A stretch of DNA of 64,000 nt from Dictyostelium discoideum (taxonomy: Eukaryota): assembly GCA_000004695.1 (NCBI GenBank), contig CM000154.2, forward strand, positions 3,968,001-4,032,000, in the 5' to 3' direction. Position numbers and translations under genes: made by a program. The notes beneath the pieces are model-generated. The model was given only the letters and a program-made list of their open reading frames with translations, had not been told where the DNA came from and searched no databases. Shown here piece after piece: positions 1 through 19,457 of this stretch; the stretch's first letter is position 1; every line of letters begins with the position of its first letter.

Positions 1-273
1 AAAAAAAAAAAAAAAGGTGTAAAAATTTGTATTTATTTATTTATTTATATGAATTTATTAAATTTTTTTTGAATGATTGTGTTGGGTGATATCTTATTTT
101 TTATTTTTTATTTTTTTATTTTTTTTATAAACACAAAAATTAATTAAAAAAAAAAAAAAATTCAAAAGAAAAATGTGAAATTAAATAGATTTATAAATAT
201 ATATAAAAAGGTAAATATATATATATAAACTATTGTGCGAAATGACCAAAAAAAAAAAAAAAAATTTGAAAAT

Positions 274-317
<44 letters not shown>

Positions 318-558
318 AAAAAAAAAATTAAAAAATTAAAAAAAAAGAATTTAAAAAAAATTTTTAAATTAAATTTTTTTATTTTTTATTTTATTTTTTT
401 GAAAAAAAAAAAAAAAAAAAAACATATGTGTACACCATTTTTTGATTATTAAAAAAAAAAAAATTACTATTTAGAGAAATAAAATAAATTAATAAATTTT
501 TGAAATTTTTAATTTTTTATTTACAAATTATTATTTTTTTTTTTTTTTTTTTTTTTTT

Positions 559-1464
559 CTAATCAAAATTTGTTGAGGTTGTTAGAGTTTTAAAATTATT
601 TAAATCTGATTGAATAGAGGTAACTTTTTTATTGAAAAAATCTATAGTTTCAGGACCCAAAAATAAATGAAGTGGAGGTGAAGTATTATTATCTAATGAG
701 AGATCTATTAAAATGTTCATTGCTTTTTTAGGATCACCATTGAATGTCCAATTGGGTTTATCATTAACAGCCTCTCTGACATTTGAATAACAATCCAATG
801 GATTATCAGAAGAGGTAGCAGATTCTTGAATACTAGTTTTAAAGAAACCAGGTTTCACACAAGTCACATGAACATTATGTGGCTTCATTTCCATATGCAA
901 CGACTCGCTGATTGCCTCCATGGCGAATTTGGTCGACGAATAGGGCGAAGATCCCGCTGACAAATTCAAAATACCAGCAATTGAAGAGATGTTATAAACC
1001 CTGCACCCGCCATACTTGTTGGTCTTGGTGTACTCCCTTAGCAGTGGCAAAGCGTTACGCAACACATTTAACATGCCGAAGAAATTCGCGTCGAATATAT
1101 CACGATACTCCCTATCTGACAACTCCTCAACAGCGCCCAGTCTGAGGTAACCACTGTTATTAACGACTACATCCAATCTACTGAATTTCGATATTGTTTC
1201 AAGTAAACTTGATTTTACACTTCCTTCATCCACCAAATCAACTTGACAAATTAATAATTGTTTACCATGTTCTTCTTTTGATAGTCCTGTAACTTCACCT
1301 TGATTTAAATCTTTATTAAATATTTTCTTTTCTAAATTCTCTTTATTTCTAGTTGTTGCTGTGACTTTAAAACCTCTTTTAATTAATAATACTGTTAATA
1401 TAAATCCAAATCCTTTTGAACATCCTGTAATATACCATACAAAATTTTTATTAAATTCTTCCAT
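559..1464 (-). CDS. Short-chain dehydrogenase/reductase (SDR) family oxidoreductase, single exon, 301 aa
   Basis: N-terminal Rossmann motif YITGCSKGFGF (TGxxxGxG), NNSGY motif and catalytic YSSTK (YxxxK) in the ORF translation. The ORF runs Met to stop with no in-frame interruption. Confidence 0.8.
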   Translation of the reverse strand: MEEFNKNFVWYITGCSKGFGFILTVLLIKRGFKVTATTRNKENLEKKIFNKDLNQGEVTGLSKEEHGKQLLICQVDLVDEGSVKSSLLETISKFSRLDVVVNNSGYLRLGAVEELSDREYRDIFDANFFGMLNVLRNALPLLREYTKTNKYGGCRVYNISSIAGILNLSAGSSPYSSTKFAMEAISESLHMEMKPHNVHVTCVKPGFFKTSIQESATSSDNPLDCYSNVREAVNDKPNWTFNGDPKKAMNILIDLSLDNNTSPPLHLFLGPETIDFFNKKVTSIQSDLNNFKTLTTSTNFD

Positions 1465-1915
1465 ATATTTTTTATTTTTTTATTTATTTATTTTTTTATT
1501 TTTTTATTTGTATATTTATTTATATGTGTAAAATTTTATGTATCTATTTTTTTTTTTTTTTTTATCTCCAGTGGTGGTATTGAATAATAAAATTAAATAA
1601 AATAAAATAAAAAATAAAAAAATAAAAAAAAATGATATTGAAAAAAAAAACTAAACCCAATGTCAAAGTTTTTTTTTTTTTTTTATTATTCCGAAAAATG
1701 AAGAAATTATTTTTTTTTATTCAGAAAGTTGAAGAAATTGTTTTATTATTCCGAAAGTTGGAGAAATTGTTTTTTTTTTTTGTAATTTGGTCTAAATTAA
1801 TGAAAAAAAAAAAAAATATCCTGGTGAAAAAAAAAAAAAAAAAATATCCTCTAAAAAATATCTTAAAAACAAAATTTTATAAAAAAAAAATAGTAAATTT
1901 TAAAAAATTAAATGT

Positions 1916-3699
1916 TTATTTCTTTTGTTTCTTTTTAGCTTTTTTATCTTCTTCAGATTCTTCCTCTGATTCATCTGAAGCAGAACCTTCATCAGACTCA
2001 GAACCAGACCTATAATTTTGGAGAGAAAAAAAATTAAATATGTTAGAAAGAGATTTTTTTTTTTTTTTTTTTTTTTATAAAAATATAAAGGCATACTCTG
2101 AAGGTTCATAATCATCATCATCAGAATCATCATCATCTATTATCATTGCAGGACCAGTAGTAACTGGATTTAAAATTGATAATTTCTTTTCTTTAAGGAA
2201 ATTGAAAAGACTTGGATATTCTTCACGTTGGATATTTACAAATTGAATGGAAGTTGAGTTCTTTAGATTGATAGATAAATCGAATGTACGATTACTACCA
2301 CCCCTAACGGATGGTGCACCATAACGAGCAAATTCAATGTTTGAGATATCTTCAAATTTAATATAGGTTGGTGGTTTATGAACAAAAAAGAAACATCTCT
2401 CCAATGGATATAAATAACCTTCATTGGCTTTCAATGAACATTTGATAGAGTTTGCACCTGAGTCCGATTGGAAATTACCAGGAATTGTGATTTTCTTGCC
2501 AGTCAATGCTTTAAGGATCTTACAAATGAGTGCATTGGCATTACCATTCATAATTGGTGAGAGTTGATCTTTGAATTTCTGTTGAAGTTCATCGGTTAGA
2601 TTTAATTCGAGATGAATGTTCTCCTCTGCTTGGAATTGAATGACTAAATGGGCGTATTTAGTTTGACCTTGACGAATGGGTGGGTCCAAGGAGATGATGA
2701 AAAAGATATGTTTTTGGTCTGGTCTAAAGAATTGAAAGAGACGTGAAATACTCTCATAGGGCACTTTATAGTCATGAGTTTTACCATGAAGTTTAAGGAA
2801 TGTTGGATACATTTCAATATCGATACGACCTCTTGGTGTAAGGAATTGAATGGCAGAGAATACAACCAAACTCTTACCAACATTCGATACCATATCTGAT
2901 TTATTCATAATGGTTTGTTGGAATTGCTCCAATGCACTAATCTCCTCCTCCTTTTCTGCATCCTCTTCATCCTCCTCATCCTCTTCGCCATCCTCGCCCA
3001 CCTTCTTTTCTTTACCACCTTCTTCACCCTCTTTCGATGGTCTAATTGGTGTGAAAAAACGCATCTCTACCATTGTTTCATCATCGTCATCCATTGCTTT
3101 ATCATGATGAAATTCCAATGTTAATTCATTTTTATTGTTTGCACCAATGACCGATTGTGATACTTCAGAGATTGGAAATTCAAATCCAACCTTACCATGA
3201 TCAGTGGTAAATTGAATCATTGGTCCATTGACTTTAACCTCACCCCAATTACAACCTTTACTTGATAATTCGATAATTTCCAATGGTGATACATTATATT
3301 GATCTGATAAATACTTTCTAACTACTTCATAATCTTGTTCTTTAAATCCATCAAATTTAACTGTTGCACCACCTTTAATCGATAATATTAATTGAAATAT
3401 TCTTGGTGTAACTCTAGCCCAATTTGCTCTCTTTATATCTGATGATGAAACTGTTTCAATTTTACCATTCTCCGATTTCCATGTTATATTATTTGTTGTA
3501 AATTTTAAAATACCTCTAGTCTAATAATAATAAAAATAAAAAAAATTAATATATTTATAATTTTTGAGAAAGTATTTAGAAAATTAATAATAAAAATTAA
3601 CTATATTATATATTTTTTTATGATGAAATTTACTCCACTAATTCTACCACCTAATGAAATATTATTAAATTGTGATACTGGATTTGAAGATGAGCTCAT
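1916..3699 (-). CDS. FACT complex subunit SSRP1/Pob3 homolog, 3 exons: complement(join(1916..2009,2097..3520,3634..3699)), ~527 aa, no HMG box
   Basis: Exon 1 encodes MSSSSNPVSQFNNISLGGRISG and ends at a GTAAAT donor. Exon 2 starts TRGILKFTTNNITWKSENGKIETV...GFKEQDYEVVRKYL...SKGCNWGEVKVNGPMIQFTTDHGK, which aligns with the human SSRP1 N-terminus (CVKGWNWGTVKFGGQ). The middle domain matches ...RGRIDIEMYPTFLKLHGKTHDYKVPYESISRLF...LDPPIRQGQTKY. After an acidic tail a GTATGC donor splices to a terminal exon RSGSESDEGSASDESEEESEEDKKAKKKQKK. Frame and phase are consistent across both introns. Confidence 0.8.
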
Positions 3700-4262
3700 T
3701 TTTTTTTTATTTTTTTTTTTTTATTTGTTTTTATATATATAAATCTACAGTAATATATATAAAATAAATATATTATTAAATATATGTTTTCTAAAAAAAG
3801 AAGAAAAACTAAAAAAAAAAAAAAACAAAAAACAAAAAACAAATATGACAAATTTTAATAAAAATAAATAAAAAAAAAAAAAATAAAAAAAAAAATAAAT
3901 AAAAAAAAAAAAATTTTAAAAAAAAAAAAAAAAATTCAAAAAAAAAATAGTTTAACGAGAAATCTTTTTTTGGCGCCACACCACACACTTTTTGATTGAA
4001 TGTTTAATAATAATGTATTAAACATTATTATCTTTATTAAAATATTTTAAATGTTTGGCTAAATAATAATTATCACCACATGATTGGAAAGTTATGATAC
4101 TAATTATAAAACAACCCAAATTCAATATTTTATTATTTTTTTTTTTTTTAAAATTTTAAAAAAAAAACAACTGGAAATTTTCTGGAAAAAGTTGGATTTT
4201 TGTGAAAATTTGGTAATGAAAAAGGAAAGGTTGGAATTGAAAGAAGAATACTTTTCCCGTTA

Positions 4263-4313
<51 letters not shown>

Positions 4314-4699
4314 AATAATCGTTGGCAAAAAAAAAAGAAAAAATAAAAAATAAAAAAAAATAAAAAATAAAAAATAAAGGGAAAAAAAAAAAAATTTAAG
4401 AAAAGTCTTTTGAATCTTTAAATTTTGAAGCTGTTATGTTGGAACTGATCTTGTTTTAAAACAAAAGATAATAATTTAGATATCATCAATTTTGTGCCCA
4501 TAAACAAATAGTTTTTATTTTTTTTTTTTTTTTTTTTTGTCAGTCCTGTTTTTTTTTTTTTTTTTTTTTTTTTCAAGTGATGATTATTTTATTTTTCATT
4601 TTTTTTTTTTATTTTTTTTTTGATTTTTTTTTTTTTTTTTCTTTAACCTCTTGTGTATTCACCTCACTGATGACGTTTGAACATTATTTTAATTCAAAG

Positions 4700-4735
<36 letters not shown>

Positions 4736-5177
4736 CAAAATCAGAAATAAAAAATAATCAATGGAAACATATTCTATCTTTTTTTTTTATTTTAATTTTT
4801 TATTTTAATTTTTTTTTTTATTTTTTTATTTTTTAAAGTTAAAAAAATGTTAATTCAAATTTGAAAAAATGGGATGGGTCGTTGAGATATTTCCAAAATT
4901 TTTTTTTTTTTTTTTTTTTTAACCCAAAAAATCGCATTGCAAAAATAAAAAAAAAAAAAAAAAATTAAATAATTAGAAAATTAATCAGCTGATTCTGTTC
5001 AACTTTTTTAAATGACAATTGAAAAGATTTTTATTTTAAAATTTTTTTTATTTTTTAATTATTTTTTATTTTAATTTTTTTTTTTTTTTTTTCATTTTTT
5101 TCACCATCAGTATAAAAACTTTTTTTTTTTTTTTTATTTTATTTTTTCATTTAGAATATTTTAGATTAAAAAACAAA

Positions 5178-7140
5178 ATGAGAGTTTTGTTACTTTTAGT
5201 TTTCCTCGTATTTTGTATCATTCCAGCAGCTCTCTCATTCAGAGACACCAACTGGAGCAAATACAACAGAGCTGGTAAAAAAGAAACTGTAGATTTCCGT
5301 ATTGCACTCAATCAAAGAAATTTAGATGTCTTAGAAAATACTTTATTGGATGTTTCTAACCCAGAATCACCAAATTATGGTATGTGTCAAAATAAAAAAA
5401 ATAAAAATAAAAAAATAAAAAAATAAAATTTTTTTTTTTAAGATTTAAAACTAATAAATATTTTTTTTTATTTTTATTTATTTAATTAAATTTAAATAAA
5501 ATCAAAACCAAAAAAAAAAAAAAAAAAAAAAAAAAAATTCTATAGGTAAACATTGGACTTCTGAACAAGTTGCTGATTTAGTTGCACCAGAACCATACGT
5601 TTCAAAGAAAGTTGCAAATTATTTAAAAAAGAATGGTTGTCACAATGTTGAAAATCATCGTGATTACATTAAAGCAACTGGTCCAGTTGATTCAGTTGAA
5701 AAGATTTTCTCAGTTGAAATGTACAATTACAAACATAATATTAAATCCGATCAAGCTATCATTCGTTCATCAGAAACCTATCAAGTTCCATTTGAAATCT
5801 CTCAATATGTTCACATTGTTTCTGGTATCTCTGAACTCCCACATCTCAAGAGTGGTCCAAAATCACAAAGATTAAGACCAAATCCAAAGGATTTCCAAGC
5901 TACTCCAGCCCCAGCTGGTCCAGCTGATCCAGGTATGGTCGTTCCACAAACCATCCAACAACTCTATGGTATTCCATCAAACTACCAAAACAACCAAAAC
6001 ACTTCACTCTGTTTAGCTGAATTTGCTGCAGATCGTTCATACCAACCAAAGGATCTCAAGACCTTTGCCGCCAAGACTGGTACTCCATTAATCAATGTTG
6101 TTAAGAATGTCGGTCCATTCCAACCAACTCAACCAGATCTTGAATCAACCCTCGACGTTCAATATGGTGGTGCCACTGCACAAACTGCCGATGTTTGGTT
6201 CTGGACTGTCAACGGTTGGATGTACGAGTTCTCATCAGATCTCGCCGCCACTGTCCCAGCTCCATACGTTGTCTCAATGTCATGGGGTTGGCCAGAACCA
6301 TTACAATGTCAACAAGGTATTGGTAACTGTACCGATGGTGAATCATCACAAGACTACGTCAACCGTGTTAACATTGAATTCCAAAAGATTGGTCTCCGTG
6401 GTATCACCCTTTTAGCTTCTTCAGGTGATCAAGGTGCCCCAGGTGATGGTAATCCATCATGTACCTCAAGAGATCAACCAATCTCAACCATTTTCCCAGG
6501 TGCCTCCCCATGGGTTACCTCTGTTGGTGCTACCATGTTAGCTGCCCCATCCACCAGCAATCCAAATCCAATCGATACTTCTGATGCCCCAGTCTGTGGT
6601 ATCCACGCTTGTGCTACCTCAACTCAAGAAGTTACCTGTTCATCTCCATCCGCTTTGATCACTACTGGTGGTGGTTTCTCCAACTACTCCCCACAACCAG
6701 CATGGCAATCAAAAGCTGTCAATGCTTACCTCAACTCTGGTGTTGTCTTACCAAACAAAAAATTCTTTAACGCTTCAAACCGTGGTTTCCCAGATGTCTC
6801 TGGTTTAGGTCACAACTACTACATTGTTGCCGCCGATCAAATGAACTTAGTCGATGGTACCTCTTGTTCATCACCAGTCATTGGTGGTATTGTTGCCTTA
6901 TTAAACAGCTATCGTTTAGATAATGGTAAATCAACCCTCGGTTTCATTAACCCAGTCTTATATGCTGCTTACGCCTCTAACCCAGCTGCCTTCAATGATA
7001 TCACCGTTGGTAACAATTATTGTACTGAAAGCTGTTGTGCTACCACTGGTTTCGTTGCCACCAAAGGTTGGGATGCTGTCACTGGTTTAGGTTCACCAAA
7101 TTTCAAACCATTATTATCATACATTCAATCTTTAAATTAA
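5178..7140 (+). CDS. Tripeptidyl-peptidase I (sedolisin/S53 family, CLN2-like), 2 exons: join(5178..5379,5546..7140), with signal peptide
   Basis: The N-terminus MRVLLLLVFLVFCIIPAALS is a signal peptide. Exon 1 ends ...SPNYG at a GTATGT donor (phase 1). Intron 5380..5545 ends at a TATAG acceptor, and exon 2 continues KHWTSEQVADLVAPEP... A pro-domain is followed by an S53 catalytic domain with the serine motif SGTSCSSPVIGGIVALL and many Cys/Pro. Confidence 0.8.
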
Positions 7141-7208
7141 ATAAATAAAATTATTTAATAATAAAAATAAAATTAATAATATTATCTAAAAATATCTAAA
7201 AATTGATT

Positions 7209-7240
<32 letters not shown>

Positions 7241-7306
7241 TTGTGATTTTCTAAATTTTTTTTTTTTTTTTTAGATATTTTATTTTTTAAAAAAAAAACA
7301 GAAATA

Positions 7307-8386
7307 ATGAATATAAAAAAAGATACAAATATTTTATTTTTAAAAGTTTGGAGAAATATTGTAATAAGAGAAATTATTTTATATCATTTAAGATTGTTTA
7401 AAAGCAATTTTATTTTTAAAATTAATAATGTAAAAGGATTTAATAATAAAAAGAATAAATATTATGTACAAAAGATTGAAATTAATTTCAATGTTGAATT
7501 AAAAGAAGATATATTCTCAAAATACTTAAATTTAACATCTTTAAAATTTTCAAATAAATTTAATAAATCAATTGATAATTTAACATTAACAAATAATATT
7601 AAATATTTAGAATTTGGTAATTTATTTAATCAATCACTAAAACCATTGGATCAATTATTTCAACCTAATAATTCACTTGAATCAATAAAGTTTGGTAATA
7701 ATTTTAATCAAAAACTTATATTTAATAATAATATTGAAAATCAATCAATTTTATTCACCCACTTGAAAACTTTAAAATTTGGAATTTATTTTAATAAACC
7801 ACTTTTTAATATACCAAATTCAATAACACATCTTGAATTTGGTAGAGAATTTAATCAAGATTTTTCATTTTCTAGTAACAATGGTGATGGAGGTGATAGT
7901 GGTGATGGTGGTGAACAGCCAAATTTAAAATGTTTAAAATTTGTGGGTAGATATAATAAGATTTTAAAGGTTGGTCAACTTCCATCATCATTGAAAATAC
8001 TTTATTTGTCAGATCAATTTAATTTGAAATTATTTAAAGGTATGTTACCAGAAGGTCTTGAAGAATTATATTTCCAATCAAGTTATAATCAAGAATTAAA
8101 ACCAAATGAATCAATACCATCAACTGTAAAATTAATAAAATTATCATATTCATTTAATCAAGAATTATCAGTAGGTGTTTTCCCACCAAATATTGAAACT
8201 ATTATATTTGGTGAATTATTTTCAAAACCAATTAAAATAGGTATTATACCAGAGAGTGTTAAATATTTAAAATTACCAAAATTTTATAAAACATATTTAA
8301 CATACTTACCTCAACCACCAGCCATTAGTGAACTTTATTCAATTCCACCAAATTCTTATAAAAATTTATCATTTTATGAAAATTAA
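7307..8386 (+). CDS. FNIP-repeat-containing protein, 359 aa, single exon
   Basis: Repeated ~22-aa units with LxFGxxFNQxL and an explicit FNIP motif (KPLFNIPNSITHLEFGREFNQ). This is a dictyostelid-expanded family. Confidence 0.75.
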   Translation: MNIKKDTNILFLKVWRNIVIREIILYHLRLFKSNFIFKINNVKGFNNKKNKYYVQKIEINFNVELKEDIFSKYLNLTSLKFSNKFNKSIDNLTLTNNIKYLEFGNLFNQSLKPLDQLFQPNNSLESIKFGNNFNQKLIFNNNIENQSILFTHLKTLKFGIYFNKPLFNIPNSITHLEFGREFNQDFSFSSNNGDGGDSGDGGEQPNLKCLKFVGRYNKILKVGQLPSSLKILYLSDQFNLKLFKGMLPEGLEELYFQSSYNQELKPNESIPSTVKLIKLSYSFNQELSVGVFPPNIETIIFGELFSKPIKIGIIPESVKYLKLPKFYKTYLTYLPQPPAISELYSIPPNSYKNLSFYEN

Positions 8387-8415
8387 TTAATTAATTAATT
8401 ATAATAATAATAGCG

Positions 8416-8448
<33 letters not shown>

Positions 8449-8952
8449 TTCTATTAATAAATAATATTTTCACATTCTATTGATAAAAACATTCAAATCT
8501 GACACACTTAATTTTATTTATTTAAGTATATAAAAATAGAGCACCATCCATAAACCTTTTCACCAAATTTGTATGTTTTAAACCCCAGGTTTCCTCAAAA
8601 ATTAATTTAAACTATTTTTTTTTGATTTTTTTTAATTTTTTAATTTTTTTTTAATTTTTTTTTTTTTTTTACAAAATTTTATTTTTTTAATTTTTTAATT
8701 TTTTTTTTTTATTTTGTCGAATCATTACATATGTGGTCAATTCACATATACTCTATTGCCATACTATTTAATTTTATTATTAATAAACCATCTATATAAC
8801 CAATAATAATATAATAGTAAAAATATACTAAATAGTTATCTAATAATTTATAAATTTCACTAAAAAAATAAAAAATAAAAAATAAAATAAAAAACAAAAA
8901 AAAAAAAACTAAAACACTAAAACACTAAAACACTAAAACTTTTAAAAAAAAA

Positions 8953-15217
<6,265 letters not shown>

Positions 15218-15669
15218 ATTAAAAAATAAAAAATTAAAAAATATATATAAAAATATAAAAATAAACTTTGGTCCATTCAAAAAATAAAAAAATAAAAAAT
15301 TCTAAAAATAAAAAAAAAGATAAAACTCCCACTTCCAAGATTGTTTCCAAAAAAAGATAAAACTTATCAACAAAGTTGTTTTTTTTTTTTATTTTTATTT
15401 TTATTTTTTTTTCATTTTATTTTTTTTTTAATTTTTTTTTTTAATTTTCAGTGGGCAACACTTTTTTTTTTTTTTTTTTAAATTGGTTGCAACATATAAT
15501 TTCCCCCCAAAATAAAAAATAAAAATAAAAAAAAAAAAAAAAACAATAATTATTTAATTTTATGTAGTTAAAATCATATATTCATTTTATATTAGTTTTA
15601 TAAATACAATCAAACATAATAATAATAAATAATAATAAATAATAATATTGAAAACAAATTAAAATAAAA

Positions 15670-18235
15670 ATGATGATTAGTGATACAGAAAATCAACCAT
15701 TATCACCAAATAAAAATTCAAGTGGTAATAGTGGTAGAAATGATTTAATTATTAAACTTGTATTTCCACCATCATCATCTATAAGAAGTAAATTTATGTT
15801 TGTTCAAGAGAATCAAAAAGTTAGTGACATAGTAGATTATGCAACTCAATTAGCAGGTTTAAACCCTGGTTATAGTTTACAATTATCAGCATCACCAACA
15901 ACAGGTAGACCTCAATGGTTAGATGATGATCAATTATTAATAAGTTATTCAATTCCAACTTCTGTATGTTATATTATTATATTTATATACACATATACAT
16001 ATATCATAATAATAATAATAATAATTATTATTATCTCACAATTTATTAACATATATGCTGAATGAATATATAATATATATATATATATAGAGTGAAATTA
16101 AAATTAAAAGAAAACCAGGTATTAAAAGAAGAAATACACTTTCAACTATTAAACCAATTAAAGAGGGTAAAGTTCAAAAATTAACATCAATTACAAAGAT
16201 TTGGACAACTCGTTATCTAAGATTATATTCAATGAGATTAGCTCATTCTTCAAATGAAAATGATTCAAGTGCTGATCATATTCAATTTGCTGATATAACA
16301 AATGTTGATAAAGAAGTTAATAGAAAATATACTTTTGTAATTTATTGTCAAAATAATAGTAATACCACAAATACAACAACAACATCATCATCATCAACAA
16401 CGACGGCAACAGTGGGTAGTGGTAATGCTGGATTATCGCAAAGTCAAACAGTTTCAAGTTTTCAAAATTTAAGTGCAAGTACCAGTGGTACCAATTTATT
16501 TGCAGAGAGTAAAAAAGAAAAAGAATATGTTTTTAGATGTATAAATCAAAGAGAAGCTGAAGATTGGATCACTTCAATTCGTTCAATGTTAAGATCATCA
16601 AGACCTGATCTTTTATTACCACCTTTAACACCATTTTTATCTGTAAATAATAATACAAAGAATAATAATAATAATAATAATAGTAATTTAATATTACCAC
16701 CATCACCTTCACCATCAAATCAATTATCTTTAAATAATAATAATAATAGTAATAGTAATAATAATAATAATATATGGACTTCACCAACATTACCAAGTTC
16801 AATGCCACCACCAACAACGCCAATAATATCATTAAATCAAAGTGTAACACCAACAAATGAAAAGAATAGTAGTAGTGCTACTACTATTGATAGAGAAATA
16901 ACACCATCACAAACACCAACTAAACAAAGATCACTCTCCTTTTCATTTTCAAAAATTGGTGGTAATAAAAGAAAAGAATTACCACCACCATTTATACAAA
17001 ATCAATCATCATCATCAACATCATCATCACCTTCATCAACAAGTTCTACATCATCATCATCAACACCACCACCACCACCTACACAATCTTTATCAGAAAG
17101 AAATAATCAATTGGAGGAAGAGATAAAAAGATTAAATGAAGTATTAAATAGGGATACAAAATCTAAAGTAGAACTTGAAAAGAAGTATCAAAAGATTAAA
17201 GCGAAAATGGCGATTTTAAAGAAACAAAGATCAAGATCACTCTCTACTCCTGCAACACCAGAAGTTCCAAGAAAAGATAAATCTTCTTTTATTCCAACAT
17301 TTTTAATTGGTGGTAGTAGAGTTAAAGATAAAGATAAAGATTTACAACAACAACAACAGCAACAACAACAACAATCACAAAATGCTACAGCAACAACAAC
17401 ATCAAATACACAAGTTTCACATAAACGTCATTCATCAAGTTCTCAATCATTTAATTTAAATAATTTAAATAATGGAAGTTCATATTCAAATAAAGGAATA
17501 ATGATGGATGATGATAATACAGATAATGATATAACCAGTAGTGAAATGTTTACAGGTAGTGTATTTGATGATGCTGATATTTCAGATTTTGAAAAGGATA
17601 AAGAGATCAAAGATTTGAAAGATCAATTGGTTAGAATTAAAGAAAAGATACAATTAGATTTAAATGAAAAAACTAAAGTTGAAACTTCTTTTAAATTATT
17701 GGAAAAAGAATTATTCACCCAAAAGAAATTGGATGAAAAGAGAGAAAGAGAAATACTTGTAAATGAACAAAGACAAGATGATCAATTAGATTCTATGGCT
17801 GAATTAGCTTCACGTCTAAAGAAAACTTTATTCGATTTGAAAGAAAAGTTAGAAAACGAACAACAACAACAAGAAGATGAAGAAGAAGAAGATGAAGAAA
17901 ATGAATATATTGATGTTGAGGATGGTCATGATGATGATACTAATAATAATATTAGTAATATCAATCATGATGATAGTTATCAAAATGAAAATCAATATAA
18001 TATCAATGGTAAACATAATAATAGTAGTAATAATAATAATAATAATAAAGAACATACTATCAATAATGAAAATGAAGAAGACGATGAAGAGTTAGATGTA
18101 GATTATGGTGATATAGGTGATGACATTGAAGATTATGATGATGATAAAAATGAATCTTATATTGAGAGTGGTAATATTACGACTGCATCAATAAAAGAAG
18201 ATATTGATTATCAGGATCTTGAATCAACTATATAA
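15670..18235 (+). CDS. PH-domain and coiled-coil protein with ubiquitin-like N-terminus and long poly-N/S/Q tracts, 2 exons: join(15670..15963,16091..18235)
   Basis: Exon 1 ends ...SIPTS at a GTATGT donor, then a TATATAG acceptor. The PH domain is KEGKVQKLTSITKIWTTRYLRLYSMRLAHS...KYTFVIYCQ...EKEYVFRCINQREAEDWITSIRSML. The coiled coil includes LEEEIKRLNEVLNRDTKSKVELEKKYQKIKAKMAILKK. The C-terminus is acidic. Confidence 0.65.
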
Positions 18236-18377
18236 TTATTAAAAAATAATAATAATAATAATAATAAAATTTATTTATTTAATTATTTATTTATTTACTA
18301 TATATTTATTTATTTATCATTTTATTGACTAATTTGTTTTTATTTTTATTAATTTGTTTTTATTAATTTATTTGTTT

Positions 18378-18965
18378 GCTTGTTTTTTTTTTTTTTTTTT
18401 CTAAATAATATTTAAAGAAGATTAATTAATTCGGCCACATTCTTTAAAAAAACACCAATATAAACGAAGAGGTTGATATAATTGATTATTACATCTTAAA
18501 ATTGAGTGTCGTCTTAAATTCTGTCTTTGGAAAGTTTGGATAATTTTTTAACCTATTTTTTTATAAGGATTATCCATTAAAGGAAATAAACAAAAATTAA
18601 TAGTTTTATTTTGAAATTTCAAGATAAAAATTAGTTTTTCTTCTTTGATTTAAATTTTAAATAATTATAGTGTTGTTATTGTTAATATTATGTTTTTTTT
18701 TTTTAAAAAAAATATCCAATTTTAAAAATATTAATTAGTATTTAAAATTAAAGAAATTAAAGAAATAAATCAAATATTAAAATTGGTTATTTAGATGAAA
18801 AGGTGGAAGGAGACCCTGTTTGGAAACACTGTTTCAGGAGTAAAAGTACCACGTACGGGTATATACTTTTCATGATAGTTTCTTATATTATCTGTTTAAA
18901 TCATTTGAAAGAGTTAATTTTAAAAACTTTTTCTTTTGATTTTTTATATTCTAGAGTTTGTATCA
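18378..18965 (-). mobile_element. 5'-truncated poly(A)-terminated non-LTR retroelement fragment (TRE3-like) downstream of tRNA-Ala
   Basis: About 540 bp of non-genic composition (lower A+T, no homopolymers) begins roughly 100 bp downstream of the minus-strand tRNA-Ala 3' end. It ends in a T22 run on the plus strand (18378..18400), which is poly(A) on the element strand. Position and orientation match TRE3-family tRNA-downstream integration. Confidence 0.4.
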
Positions 18966-19020
18966 TATAAAGTAGACCCTTTTTCTAATCTTCATGTTTC
19001 CTTATCTTTTTAAAATTTAA

Positions 19021-19037
19021 GAGTCGAACCTGCGATC
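19021..19037 (-). promoter_or_regulatory. External B-box (ex-B) downstream of tRNA-Ala
   Basis: The minus-strand sequence is GATCGCAGGTTCGACTC, about 31 nt beyond the tRNA 3' end. It has the same extended sequence and spacing as the ex-B box behind tRNA-Asp at 37573..37589. Dictyostelium tRNA genes characteristically carry an extra pol III B-box 20-40 bp downstream. Confidence 0.65.
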
Positions 19038-19061
19038 TTGAAACTCTCGCGAGGGAAAATT

Positions 19062-19157
19062 TGGAGAAGAAGGGTATCGATCCCTTTACCTTATGGAAAT
19101 CTGATTATCGTTGCTGTTTATGCAAACCATACGCTCTACCATATGAGCTACATCCCC
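19062..19157 (-). tRNA. tRNA-Ala(UGC) with a 23-nt intron
   Basis: The minus-strand read is GGGGATG TA GCTC ATATGGTA GAGC G TATGG TTTGCAT [aaacagcaacgataatcagattt] CCATA AGGTA AAGGG ATCGATA CCCTT CTTCTCC A. The G3:U70 pair is the Ala identity element. The anticodon loop TTTGCAT gives UGC. The anticodon stem TATGG/CCATA re-forms only once the 23-nt insert is removed. The T-arm GGGATCGATACCC is canonical. Confidence 0.75.
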
Positions 19158-19457
19158 TTTGATGAAATTTTAGGAATTTTTGATGATTTTATATATTAAA
19201 ATTTCAGATAATTCCCAAAAAAATTATAAAATTCATTTTTTTTTTTTTTTGAAAATAAAAGTTTATCTAAATTTATTATCAATAATCTTGGGAAAAATTA
19301 AAAACCACAAACGATATTATAATGATTTATTATAGATTTAAACACAAAACAAAACAAAATTTTATTTTAAAAAAATAATAACACAAGATGACTCACAAAA
19401 AAAAAAAAAAAATTATTTTGAAAAAAAAAAAAAATAAAAAATTAAATTAGAAACAAA

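Noticed and set aside
1632-2015. Plus-strand 127-aa ORF ending in an SSSDSSSDSSEAEPSSDSEPDL tail
   Set aside because: It is the antisense frame of the SSRP1 last exon and intron, made of K/F homopolymer codons. The real coding strand is minus, with a spliced acidic/basic tail.
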